Below, one piece after another: positions 12,567-24,343 of a stretch of 64,000 nt of DNA; the first letter of the stretch is position 1, and each line of letters begins with the position of its first letter. This DNA is from Pelomyxa schiedti (taxonomy: Eukaryota; Protista; Evosea). The notes under the pieces are model-generated. The model saw nothing but the letters and a program-made list of their open reading frames with translations. It was not told the origin of the DNA and did no database searches. Both the position numbers and the translations under genes were made by a program. Location of the stretch: assembly GCA_020536535.1 (NCBI GenBank), contig JAHLWZ010000842.1, positions 17,718 through 81,717 on the forward strand. Direction: 5' to 3'.

Positions 12567-13324
12567 ATGGCCGGTGTAAGTCTTCCCGTGAGAATGGAGG
12601 GACCTGTAATTGTGGGATTCGGCCGAGGAAGTTCGCTACTGGGCTTCCCAACCGGTATTGTTTTTTCCTCTCCAATTGCCTTATTCCTTGTTGCACAACC
12701 TCTAATGTAATATTTAATATTAGCCAATATACCTACCGAGCAATATGACCAATTATTACCTGACTTCAAAGTTGGAGTGTATTATGGATGGGCAACTCTT
12801 AACGGAGTTGTATGTTGTCCTTATTCGATAGTATTAACGAATCATTACATAGAGCATTAATTCTAGTCTCTGCGTCAAATAAACTAATGAGAACAGGAAC
12901 CTGTGTATGAAATGGCAATGAGTATTGGTTACAACCCGCACTTCAAAAATGAGAAGAAAACAATAGTGAGTTTCGTTTGCTCATCCTTCCATTGCCTCCA
13001 CGAGTCTCACTCAATTCCTTCTCTTGGTTACAGGAGGTGCACTTATTACATAAGTTTGAAGACAACTTCTATGGAGCACACTTAAGAATTGTTGTAGTTG
13101 GCTTCATCAGAGAGATGCGCAGCTATCCTTCTTTAGGCACATTGTATTCTGCAATTCTATTAAATTTTTTTGCCCTCTTACTCTTTCCAATCTCTAACAC
13201 TGGGGTTCTCCCTTCTCCAGCCGCTTTGAAAGACGCTATTGCCGAGGACTGTGCCAAAGCAACTGCTTCACTACAATCACAAGACTCAATTTCACTAAGA
13301 AACGACCCATTCCTGTTCGCCTAG
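12567..13324 (+). CDS. RFK: Riboflavin kinase
   Basis: GFGRGSSLLGFPT|AN, GVYYGWA, MSIGYNPHFKN, EVHLLH, FYG...GFIR...YPSL|AALKDAI; the last intron is GC-AG. Confidence 0.95.
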
Positions 13325-13415
13325 ATGAATATAAGATAAAACCACATCCACAAAAAAAATTCTTTTTTTTTTTTTTACATTGAATGGGTACAAGACAGAG
13401 GTCAATGCACCGTTT

Positions 13416-14341
13416 TCACCAACAAACCTCCCATTCTTTGCCATCTGTGGTTTGGTTAGTGAGATTAACTTCGGGGTTGTGTACCTTCTGGACCAAACTT
13501 TCCAAGCAAAAGTAAAAACAAATCGGTAATCCACCACACACCTTTGCTATAAGTTATTCATTGCACCTTATCTGAAGGAAGATACCAAGCCCGCCTAGGG
13601 TCAGCATCTATTTCGGTTATAAGTGGGATCAAATGGTAAATAGTTGTGCCTTGAATACACCATAGCCACAGTGCCCAAGATAAAAACGGTCAATACCCAA
13701 AAATCCCAGAAACAGAGATAAAACGATGGCCTGTGGAATAAACATTAACAGACAACAATTATTGGCTACGAAAATACAGGGACATTAAACACCCACAGTT
13801 GGAAACTGCTTATTTGAAAATCTTTTTAATGGTGAATTTCATAGGAAATGTGATGGATAGTGTTACCTCCTACATTCCCAGTTGCCCACAATGAAGATTC
13901 TGGGCCCAACACAGCCGATCCCCTCCAGCACCTGGCATGAGGCATTTGCATAAACGCCCTTTTTCACCAGTCAAATTGTGATGAAGAAGAAAGTGTACTC
14001 CACACCGGACCATATTTCTGGCATCCAAGATATGGCTCTTCGCTCTCCTCGGCGTTGCACATTAAAAACTCGAAAGGCCTTAACTCATAATTAGTCTGTC
14101 ACAGCTTGCTAGCGGCCACTACGCACAGTTTAGTGCACAGCACATTGGGTGTGTTTACGTTGTATGTCTCATTGTCGCACATCAACAATGTGGTGTTGGT
14201 AGCATTGCCCCCAGCCACAAATGCACCAAGATCTGGGCAGTCTCAGTCAAACTCAACGACAACCCGGGGGCACAAGAAGAGAAAAAAAACACATGACGAC
14301 ACCAAGATCGCCAGGACGCCCAACGGACGCACTCCCCCCAT
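13416..14341 (-). CDS. TM2-domain-containing protein (TM2D/BBP-like), missed by the ORF track
   Basis: Spliced signal-peptide-like start, Cys-rich ectodomain, then AIVLSLFLGFLGIDRFYLGHCGYGVFK|MLTLGGLG|VWWITDLFLLLLGKFGPE|DGKEWEVCW*. Confidence 0.88.
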
Positions 14342-14430
14342 CAACTTGTTTTTTTTTTCTGTTTGTTTTCGGTGTCAAATCAACCAGTGGATGATGGCCG
14401 CGGGGTTTTTAATTTACACTTGCCAAGTCC

Positions 14431-16620
14431 TCACCAGAATTTAGGCACCAAAATAGCAGGGTCAAACACTGGAGGCACTCTGACAGGCATGCCAACTTGT
14501 TGTTCAAAGTGGTCAAAGGACTGATACAGGTACCCAGCACTGCGAATTGTAAACTCAGCTGACCACTTCTGCTGCGTGATTCTGGTCACTTTGGCGGCCT
14601 CTTCTGAGCGGGGAAAGCGGTGCTGCAGGAGTGCCAGGGGGCTGACATAGACCTTGAGCAGGGTGTATCGTTTGATGTCAAACTCGATCAGGTCATTCAG
14701 CGAAGTAAAGGTACAGTGGGCCTCTTCTATAAGATAAAGAATGGTGGAGACGTGGAAGAACTGCACCATGAACGGAAACGGTAGAACCAACTCGCGGGTC
14801 GTATTGAGGGAAGGATGTTTCTTCAAGAACGATTGTACACCCGAGGGAGGGTCATGGTGCTCTGCAAGATATAAGTATTTGAGAACTTCTGATGAGGGTA
14901 ATGTTTCAAAGTCTGTATGGCTTTCAATCCACTGAACTGTTTTTTTGTTAGGACAAAATCCATTGGGAGGAACTTTACATAAAACGGAAGAAGACAGAGA
15001 CATCCGTAACAATTTGCGTCTACCGGCGTGTTGCATATAAATAAAGAAGTCTGGAACTTTGAGGCATAGAATATCGAGAACCTCCAGGGCGCTGTTGGTT
15101 GTACGAAATCCTGTCGCATCAAGAATGGCTTTAAAATCATCCTCTGTCATGCCTCTAACAGACGGCACAAAAAAATGTTCCACAATGTGCTGCAAAGGAG
15201 TTTTAGTGGTTGTGAGGGACATTACAATGTGTATTAATTCATTCCCTCGTGTCCAAATAGCCCTTGTTTAGAGATCAGTGGCAAGAAAAACTAGGGTTGT
15301 TACTTTGGATTCTCAAGTATCATGTGAAGCTCTTTCATTTCATAGAGTGAAAAAAGTTGCCGCAATACGGGGGTTATGTCCTGTGATATCCAGTCTTTTT
15401 CTTTAAGTTGATTGAACGGTAGGATTCTTGCGTCGTCGGACACGGAACGGCACAATATTGTCAAGAAATCTGGGATCTTTTCTGGGTGTGCAACAAAGAA
15501 GGAGCGAGAAACTATGGGCGACTGAACAGCGAAAAGTGTTGCTGTTTGCTGGAGTTCACCACTAAACCGGGTAGGGTCTGGTGGGCATTGGTCCGGAAGA
15601 AGTTGGAGTAAAGCTTCAGATGACAGCGCCGCCGCCTTTGGCAGAATGGAACTGCCTGCTGTGCTAATTAATTTCTGACACTCGCTTACCACTTGACGCC
15701 AAATCTGGTTTTGTCATCAAAAGTAGTGGGGAAGATAAATCACCTCAAAGGCTGTATTTCTGGTTATCATCTCGGAGAGCAATAGCTCGACACTTTGGCG
15801 CGACACAACCTTCAATAGGAGACTTGCAGGGAGTCCGACTTCTGTAGGAATATGGGACATTGGCATTGAAAGGAGTAGTCGGAGAGGTTCTGGTGAAGAA
15901 CACATCGCAGCACCAGCTATGCCTTGCTCGATGCACTTGGAGGATATTTTGCCTCTAGAAATGAATGCTTTGAGCTGCTCGAGATAGCCCTATGAAGCTA
16001 GGTCACACATGGACCCACGTAAGCGAACTGTACTTGGGCTGCAGAGCTCTCAAAACATCGCGGGGATATTTCCACTGGATAGGAATCTAACAACCAATCT
16101 TGTAGATGTCGGTCACCCCTATCAGTTGCTTGGAAAAACAGCTCTGCAACCTCCGCATAAGATTGAGTTACAGTGTCACCATAAGCACAGCACTCATACC
16201 ATTTTTGATGAAAGGTTGTAGTGTGCATTTAGTGTCCTTTTCATGCACCTGGGCGTTTCCCACATTTTCTATCACCAAATTCAGGAATATCGACAGAGAA
16301 AAGCAAAGCGAAGCAAAACGGAAAACAAATAAGGGAAAAGTGAGAAAACCAGGAGAAGAAAAAAGGGTTTCCGTGCTCCCTACCTGAACATCGATGTTAT
16401 GTGACCACACGACAGAAGTGCCCTTGGCCAAAACCTTCGCCGCCAACCTCGCGTTTTTTAGGCTGCACAGACACAAGCAAGTGTAGGGTTGTTTCCCGTC
16501 GGTAGTCCAGCCCTCATGGTGATCTCTGAATAAATGGCGGTTGTTGCAGTTTATCCCGGTAGGAGGCCACGTCAACGCCTCCCCAACGATCTGGAGCTCC
16601 TCCAAGATCCGCTCCAGGCC
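14431..16620 (-). CDS. Hypothetical helical protein, multi-exon
   Basis: A chain of minus-strand ORFs (263, 130, 62 and 76 aa) separated by short GT-AG gaps; start codon not identified. Confidence 0.55.
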
Positions 16621-16783
16621 CGTTTCTGTTTGACTTGAGTTGCCTGCCGTTTTTTTTTTTCCCGTTTGGTTTCTCACTGTGTAGTGTTTTATTGGATTTT
16701 ACGAGATTTTGACAAGGAAGCGAGATATGAGTCTTGGCACTGTGCGTTTCTCAACTAATCTTGTGCGTGTTGGTGTATCTCAT

Positions 16784-17223
16784 TTAGCTCTTGTTGGGTT
16801 GCTGAATGGTGTGGCTTTTACTCTTTGGAGGCTTGCTTCTTGTTGGGTCCTTTCTGGGCTTTTCTACAACAGGTTTGACCTTTGTCGTTTTCACGGCCGT
16901 GTCGACGGCAACGTCCTCCACAACGTCGATAGCATCGTGAACACCTGCAGGTGGTTTGGTCCAAGGGACGGGGGAAAAAAAAAACGCAACAACCTAAAAA
17001 TTGCACATACACGAAACGCACAAGTACAAAAAAGCAGTAAACGGAAATTCAAAAAGAAACAAGAAAAGAGAAAGAAAAAAAAATAGGGGTGACTAGTACC
17101 AGAGGCCACGATGCCCTTTGGTGTTTCCGTTGCGGGGTGCGTGTGTGTCGGCTGCGCGTGCCTCACTCCTCCGACCTTGGCGGCGGGCGAGTGCCCAGGA
17201 ACCGTCGTCTCTTCATCCGTCAT
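16784..17223 (-). CDS. Death-associated protein 1 (DAP1/DAPL1)-like
   Basis: Spliced MTDEETTVPGHSPAAKVGGVRHAQ...VAS|GVHDAIDV...KSHTIQQPNKS*; matches the DAP motifs GHPPAVKAGGMR and C-terminal IQQP. Confidence 0.8.
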
Positions 17224-17440
17224 TCTTATCTTTTTTTTTTTTTTTTGTTCTTTTTTCGTGTTTTCTTCTTGTTTCGAAATTCGTCGGGCCAGTCTGGGCT
17301 GATGGGATCGTTCGATCCAGTGAGGGAGTGCATTCACCACGTTATGACTTGTGAAACTTGGCACGTGAATGAACTCCCCCACTCTGTTCCAAACATCAAG
17401 AGTGGATAAGAAGAAACTTCGGTTACCGTTTGGCAGTTTG

Positions 17441-20400
17441 ATGGGTGGTTCGCAGTCGCAGGAGGGTGCTGCACCCGTGCCCCCTCCGCCGCCCCCTCCC
17501 CCTCCAAACCAACTCCAAACCCCCGAGCCCCGTGCCCGCGACGTCCCCACGCCGCCCCCGCCGCCGCCTCCGCCTCCGCCTCCCCCGCCCCCTCTGTGCG
17601 GGGACCCCCCGTTCTGGTCGTACCCAGCGCCATACGCAGACCCCTACCCATGCACATACACCCCCGGGCCCCCGCCTCCGCCGGCTCCTCCTCCTCCTCC
17701 TCCTCCGCCGGCTCCTCCTCCTCCTCCTCCTCCTCCTCCTCCTCCTCCGCCGCCGCCGCCGCCGCCGCCGCCTATCCCTGGGCGGACATGGGGGGCGCGG
17801 GGCGGCCATGGGTACAAGTACCGCCTTGGGCTGCGCGACATACTCTGTTCTTGTGAAATAAGGGCTCATGTTCATGACCTGTGTGCAAATGTATGCATTG
17901 ATTGATTGATTGATTGATTGGTTGGTTGATTGGTTGCTGTTGGCTGGTGATGAGTCTGGTGTATGTTAGTAGGAATAGCTTCAAACACATGAAAAGGTCC
18001 AGTTTGTTCAGACTTATATGAACGATACAGAAACTCCACTGGAAGCCATGTGTGCATTCAAATCTTTTTTCCTCTGTTGCCAAAAATCAATACGATTTAG
18101 TTACGAGTTCCCTCTCTCTACCGATTCCACCATTACTGAATTTATAGCTGATGTCAATGGGAAGAAAATTGTTGGGAAGGTACTCCAAATCTCTGAAAAA
18201 GCTCTTGTCCCAAGCTAATTATGTGCAACAGCTACAAGAAAAGCAGAAAGCAATAAATAAATATGATGATGCCCTGGTAGAAATTCCTTTTTCTACTACG
18301 TTCTTAAAGACACTAGGCATCAGGACACGAGGCCATGCTTGGGGAGGTTAATGGTGCTACAAAAAAGGTCTTCAAGATTTCTGTTGGTAAATTGTTCCCA
18401 GATTTCCTTTCCCTCCCACAACTTCTCAGGAAACCTTGGACCCAAGGAAACTGCAAAGAGTAGTTCCAAAGTATTTCTCTTACACCTCCCTTATTTAATT
18501 AGTATCAATCACAATGGCCACTGAACTGCCAACTTCCAAAGAAGAGACTTTACTTGTGCTCCCAGCATCAATGTTTCCGGCTAGGAGTGTTGAGTTAGTG
18601 ATCGATGCCACAATTACACTCAGCCAGGAGATAAAATCTGTATTGTGCCGCACCTTCTCTGGTGTTAAGGAAAGCATGTTCTTGGTTTACCCATTCTAAG
18701 TCTTTTTAGGTTTCCGATACTGATTCCCCATATGTGAAGCTTATGCACTTCCAAACTGTTACTGGTTTCTTATTTGAAATATGTTTACCAACTGACCACA
18801 AGAGCAGGACTACAAGGAAGAGATTTCGAAGTTGTGATTACACCAACCCATCCTTATGTTCCCTCGGCTATCTTAGAGATCTCCCCAGATAAAAAAACTC
18901 GTGCTGTAATGTTGTCATTTTTCCCGGAATGGTCAAACATTGATCCTGACCTGTATGACCCTGCTGGAGAAATTATATTCCTTATCGATAGGTTTGCTGT
19001 CGTCATATTTAAGATTTAATGTTAGATTAGGTCTGGGTCAATGGGTGGTTCTCCAATAAGAAGAGTAGGAGAAACAATGGAGTTATTTTTACGCAGTCTG
19101 CCTCAGAACTGCAAATTCAACGGTTTAAGTTCCCAGTGAAGAAGAGGGATTAAACTTCTATTAGTGGTTGGTTTTGGATCTTATTACGAGAAGCTATTTC
19201 CTACGAGTCAGTTGTACTCCTCCAGCAGTCTAGAAATTGCTGTGCGTCATGTGCGATCTCTCACTGCTGACCTTGGAGGGACTGGTTGGGTCTCAAATTT
19301 TTAGAAAGCTATGCTAAGTAAGTCACCATGCAGATTTGTATAAACCATTGGAAAACATCCTTTCTGAGCAATGTGATGACAATTACCCAAGGCAAGTATT
19401 CATTCTCACAGACGGTGCTGTTGACGAGAAAGGACCTACCATTACCATCGCTCAAAAGAAATGCAAAAGAGTCAGAGGTCTGCATGATTCAACCCTATCA
19501 TTTGCAAATTCGCCCTTTAGTATTTACATTTGGGATTGGATCATCAGTAGACCAAGATCTCGTATGTAGGCTTGCACAAGCAGGCAAAGGCAGTGCTGTT
19601 TTTATTGAATCCCCATCTGATATTAAAGCGAATGTACAAATCTTTCCTTAATTGTTAAAGAAATGACAATTTATTTCAGGTTATGAAGCAACTTCAGGTA
19701 AGGACCTTATTGCCAAGCCTACTGATATTCTAATCTGGTACAAGAAAGCCTTAGAGCCAATGATGAGAAAACTGAATGTTGTTTGGCCAAATGGCTTCAA
19801 GCCCCTACAGGCTCCTCAAAGTTTGAGGCCAATTTTTAGTAAGGAACGGTTGATTGTGTATGCACTGCTTGAGTCTCTTCCTCAAGAGACTGGTGATGGA
19901 AAAACAAAACTGCCTAATTCTGCTATGGAAGTTGTACTAGAAGGGATAGGGCCAGATGGGAATTATCTGCAATTCCCTGTGACGTGGACACCAAGTTCCT
20001 TTCCTGTACCGCTCTAAGTTTATAATTCCTTTGCACAGATCAAGAAACTGTTGGGACTCTTGTGCATTCTCTGGCCGCAAAGAAATTAATCCAGTAACTG
20101 ATTCATCTTCGAAAACTCAATGATAACATCTATTCAGTGAGTTGGAGGAGTCACCGACTCCCGAATCACGCAGTAAAATCCTTGAGCTCTCTTTGAAATG
20201 GAACGTTGCCAGTAGTATGACAGCCTTTGTTGCAGTTAGCGATCGGTACTTATTCGTCTATTTTCGTCCACTCAACATTCCAAGATCTGAACCAGTGGAG
20301 GGTACCATGCAGACCGTCTCGGTTCCTCATGGACCTCAAACAGACCCAGCAACAAGTGTAAGTTCTACCATATGCTATTTCTTTTTAATGCAGTATTTCC

Positions 20401-21430
20401 CCAGCAACTTCTCGCAACAATCACCCACGGGATGTCTCTGAGGTCTACGCCGTCGCCAGCCACAACTGCCTCGCCATCGTCCTCACCTACCCAAACCCAG
20501 ATATTAGGTAGCCTTTCACGCAGGCTTACTTTGCAAACTTCAGACGACGAAGACGACTCTGACGAGCCCTGGAGCGACGGCGACTCTGCCCCGCCGGCGA
20601 GACCTGCGGCTCCGGCCTCCCTGCCGCCACCACCTCCGCCACCACCAGCCGCATCCTTATCTCGCCCTTCGACCAGACACGACCCCCATGGTGGTTCTTC
20701 AGCCCCACCGCCGCCGCCGCCCCCGCCACCCGGATGCAGGGGCTATGGTGGCTCTCCCCCGCCGCCGCCGCCGCCGCCGCCTCCACCACCACCTGGTCCT
20801 CCGCCTCCGCCCACGTCCCGGCGTCCGTCGAAGCCTGGCCAGGCTGATGGTGGCTCTGGCTCGCGCCCGCCACCGCCGCCACCTCCTTTACATCACCCCT
20901 CGGCTCCTCGTCACCCACCGCCACCACCAGGGGGTGCTGAGGGTGCCTCGGGCTCGCCTATGCCTCCGCCTCCCCCTCCGCCGCCGCCACCGCCGCCGCC
21001 TGGTTTATCATTCGCTCCTCCTCCACCGCCTCCGGCCGCTTCTTCGTACTCGCCGCCGCCGCCGCCACCGACTTCCGGGGGCCGTTCGCAACCGAGTGCA
21101 TCGGGAATAGATGGAATCATCTGCCTACAGGAAATCGACGGGAGCTGGCTCAAAGCCAGTGCGATTTCGATTCTGGGGGCCGGGCCCTGCTCTTCCCTAC
21201 CCAGCGAACTACAACAGGCACTGACTCCACAGGAAAGCGAGCTTATTGCGACCATCTGGTGCACGGCTCTCGTGGTTTCCTGGGTGACCAGGACTTACTC
21301 TAGTGACCAAGTCACGTGGCAGCTAATTGTACAAAAGGCCCGGAAGTTCATAGCCATCACAAAACAACGATTACACGCACCAGCACAATTCGACATCTAC
21401 CAAGCAGCACACAGTGCATTATTCACATAG
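17441..21430 (+). CDS. VIT + von Willebrand factor A domain protein (VWA5A-like) with N- and C-terminal polyproline tracts
   Basis: VQTYMNDTETPLEAIYEFPL (VIT); EIIFLIDRSGSMGG (MIDAS); VFILTDGAV; FTFGIG; LSLKWNVASSMTAFVAV; C-terminal LQEIDGSW...IWCTALVV...KARKF. Confidence 0.9.
17897..17935. repeat. (GATT)n/(GGTT)n intronic microsatellite
   Basis: attgattgattg...ggttggttg lies within the first VWA intron. Confidence 0.85.
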
Positions 21431-21764
21431 CCTCTTTGCCAATGACAAACAACACAACCCTTTGTACTTCATGTGCAAACAAAGGAGAAAACGACTTTTC
21501 GTGTAACAACTTTCTTCGATGGAGGAAAGACTTCATTCCCATACAAGGAACCCGAGGAAATCGCCAGGTCCGCCTAAGGCAAACTACAAGCCGAAAAAGC
21601 CTGAACAATGGAAAAAGCAGACAGACTTTTCTAGTTGAATTTCTTGATCCCTCCCAGGAGAGAGTCTTCTTGAACTGTTTCTTCCAAAGCTTAAAAGCCC
21701 GAAAGAAACACAAAAAAAATAAACAAACAAACACCCACTCCTCAGAAGGGATTAATACACCACA

Positions 21765-23391
21765 ATGAGTATCTTCTCATCTACGTCGTTTTACAACTCG
21801 TCGTCCTCGTACGTCGTACCTCCGCCCGAATCTTCCGACGATGGAATCCCTACGTGGGTATATGCCGTCATTCCATTTATCTCGTTCTTTGGCGAGTTAG
21901 TAGGTAGACCACAACCCGACACAAGATAGAAAAGCCCCGTGTTGGAGTTTTATAAAATTTTAACACAAATTAGATAGCTCCATTGGAATGGGGTATGGTA
22001 CTACTCTGGTGCCAGTCCTGATGACTCCTGCTTTTCACCTTGAAAGAAAGACTATTGTCCAGTCTGTGCTAGTGTCAGAACTGTGTACTGGACTTCTGGC
22101 AACTATTTTCCACCTCCTGTTCAGAAACGTAAATTTCGGTGTGCTTGCTGGGTACTTGGTTATTGGTTTCCTAACACTCAACTTCAGGGTGCAACCCAAA
22201 TAAAATTCTGCCCAACAAGCTTGTAAAGTGCTTGAAGCTGGATAAAAACTACACCGACGAAGTTAAAAAGGAAATTGAGAAGGAGGGTCTTGGAGAAGAA
22301 GCAGTATTTACCCTTTTGCCCACTCTTCTTATTCTTATTTCTGAATCCTATTCAGCTAGAGGCACTTGTTGACGAATATATAGAAGATGACCAACACAAG
22401 TCCTCTCCTCCTGTGTCCCCAGTTTCTTCGCCGGAGATTGACCCCGCCTTATCTCCAGACATAACAGTGAGTGTCAACAAAGTCGAAGAATTTGATGTCG
22501 AAGGTCCCACTGAAGACCCTCTTGCATGGTATTGGAAAGCATACCTCACGATGAAAAGATTATGGACAAGAGATTCACAGGTCAGTTCACTGCCTCATCT
22601 GGAAAGGAAATTCCTCACTTACATGATCAGGTGGTTACACTTTTGGTTCTCTTTGGAGTGGTGGGAACTATAATAAGCACTATCATCAATGCCAAGTATG
22701 GTTGGTCAAAGAAACAGAAGTACGCCATCAAGATGTACGTGGCAGTCATGGTCCTTTGCATGGGACTCTGCATTCTGGTTTTTACCACTTTCAAATTTCT
22801 TGTAAGTACCAGCCGTATTCGGGATATTCCAACTAATTAGGATTAGACAAAATATGCTTGGTGGAAAATAGCTATCCTGGGTCTCGTTACAGGGTTTAAT
22901 AAAGGTATCAGCGGAGGTGGCTACGGTCCAATAGCAGTATCAGGCCAAATGGTAGACAAGTGAGACTAGTGTATCTTTCTGCTGATACAAAAATAGATAT
23001 GCGGAAGACCCCAAAAAAATGCTATTGCTTCTACTTCAACCGCAGAAGCTATTATCAGTCTTTCTGGAATCATTTGCTCTCTTTCATCAAATGCAATCCA
23101 GGGAAAGAGTAAGTGTCTCTTTTTCACACTGAATCTGATTAGTCTCCAGATAGCAAGGAGCAGTACTCACTTGTACCATACCTGATAATCGGCTCGTGTA
23201 CTTCTACGCCCTTTGCCGCTTATTTCACACGCATAGTGAAAACAAAAGCCCTAAGATACATTGTTGGGATTGCAACTACTTTGCTTGGGGTATCTTGTTG
23301 TAGAGGGGAGAAATTTTTGACTTGCTCACAGGTTTACTCCATTATAGCCGCAGTACTATCGTACAAGGGCATATGGTCTGGTGCTGAGTAA
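21765..23391 (+). CDS. TauE/SafE-family (TSUP) permease with a long acidic insertion
   Basis: DSSIGMGYGTTLVPVL and GFNKGISGGGYGPIAVSGQ...NAIASTSTAEA repeats; multiple hydrophobic segments. Confidence 0.78.
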
Positions 23392-23685
23392 ACTCTCTTT
23401 CTGATTTCTATCAAACAGTAGCTACTATTATTACATCAAATAATCTTGTTTTCCTGTTCTGAATAAGCAAGCAGGAAGAACAGAAAAAAAATGAAATATT
23501 ATTTCGAATTCTGTTGTTCTTTATACTGGGTTTTCGTATTTCTTAGGTCACTTCTGCTCTGATTTCCAGAGGGTGCCAACTGTATAACTCCAATCGAGAA
23601 GGATAGTAGTGTTTTGATGCCTGCAAGAAAGTAAAGAGTGTAAGAGGGCAGAACGGCTCAAATTGGCAACCGTAGAAACCTGGAA

Positions 23686-24253
23686 TCACGGGTAGAAATA
23701 AACAGTTATGGATACACCAGTGCCATCGAAAGCACTCTGCACAAGGGGCTTCACTTTTGACCACTCCAAACCATCCAAGCCACAACCAATTGCCGGCATC
23801 GCGAGGTTTGTGACCCCTTTATCCATGCAGTGGGCTGCCAGCGATTGCAGGCCTCTCTGCAGGTCCTGGTATGTGGCCTTGCTCCAGTGTTTCTCCTTGT
23901 TGACTATATTGAACACCCACCGAGATGGCGGTCGAGCTATTGCCCCAACATCACCAACCTTCGGTTTTTTTTTTTTTTGTGAGTGATTTGCATATCAAAA
24001 TAGAAGTAGTAGAAAAGTGAGAAACAGGGTTATGTTTATGTATTAAAAAAAAAGGGAAAAAAACAAAAAAGGCTGAAAACAAAGCACACACAGACAGGTT
24101 CATGGACTGCAACTCAGGCCTCATGTTCCCAAACCTCTGCGTGAACTTCACTACTATTCCTTTGCCCATTGCCAGATCTCGCGAAATGCACTGCACCATG
24201 GAGCACGACGCCGGCGCACTAAACAAGTCCCCGTGTACCTCCCTGATCGACAT
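23686..24253 (-). CDS. OARD1/TARG1-like macrodomain ADP-ribose glycohydrolase
   Basis: GDLF...QCISRDLAMGKGI...NKEKHWSKATY...LAMPAIGCGLDGLEW; one intron. Confidence 0.92.
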
Positions 24254-24281
24254 AGTCTCTTTGTTTCCAATCAAATGACCA

Positions 24282-24320
24282 GCTGATCTGTAATCAGCGG
24301 GGATGATGGGCTAATCATCC
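24282..24320. promoter_or_regulatory. Two adjacent inverted repeats in a 90-nt divergent intergenic region
   Basis: GCTGAT-N5-ATCAGC (24282-24298) and GGATGAT-N6-ATCATCC (24301-24320); a regulatory role is inferred only. Confidence 0.4.
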
Positions 24321-24343
24321 TATTGTCAGTTAATTCGCAACAA

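Noticed and set aside
17423-17875. Poly-Arg, Gly, Leu and Ser ORFs in alternative frames (also 20526-21264)
   Set aside because: Shadows of polyproline codon tracts.
24282-24320. Bacterial FNR box
   Set aside because: The spacer is N5/N6 rather than TTGAT-N4-ATCAA, and the locus is eukaryotic.
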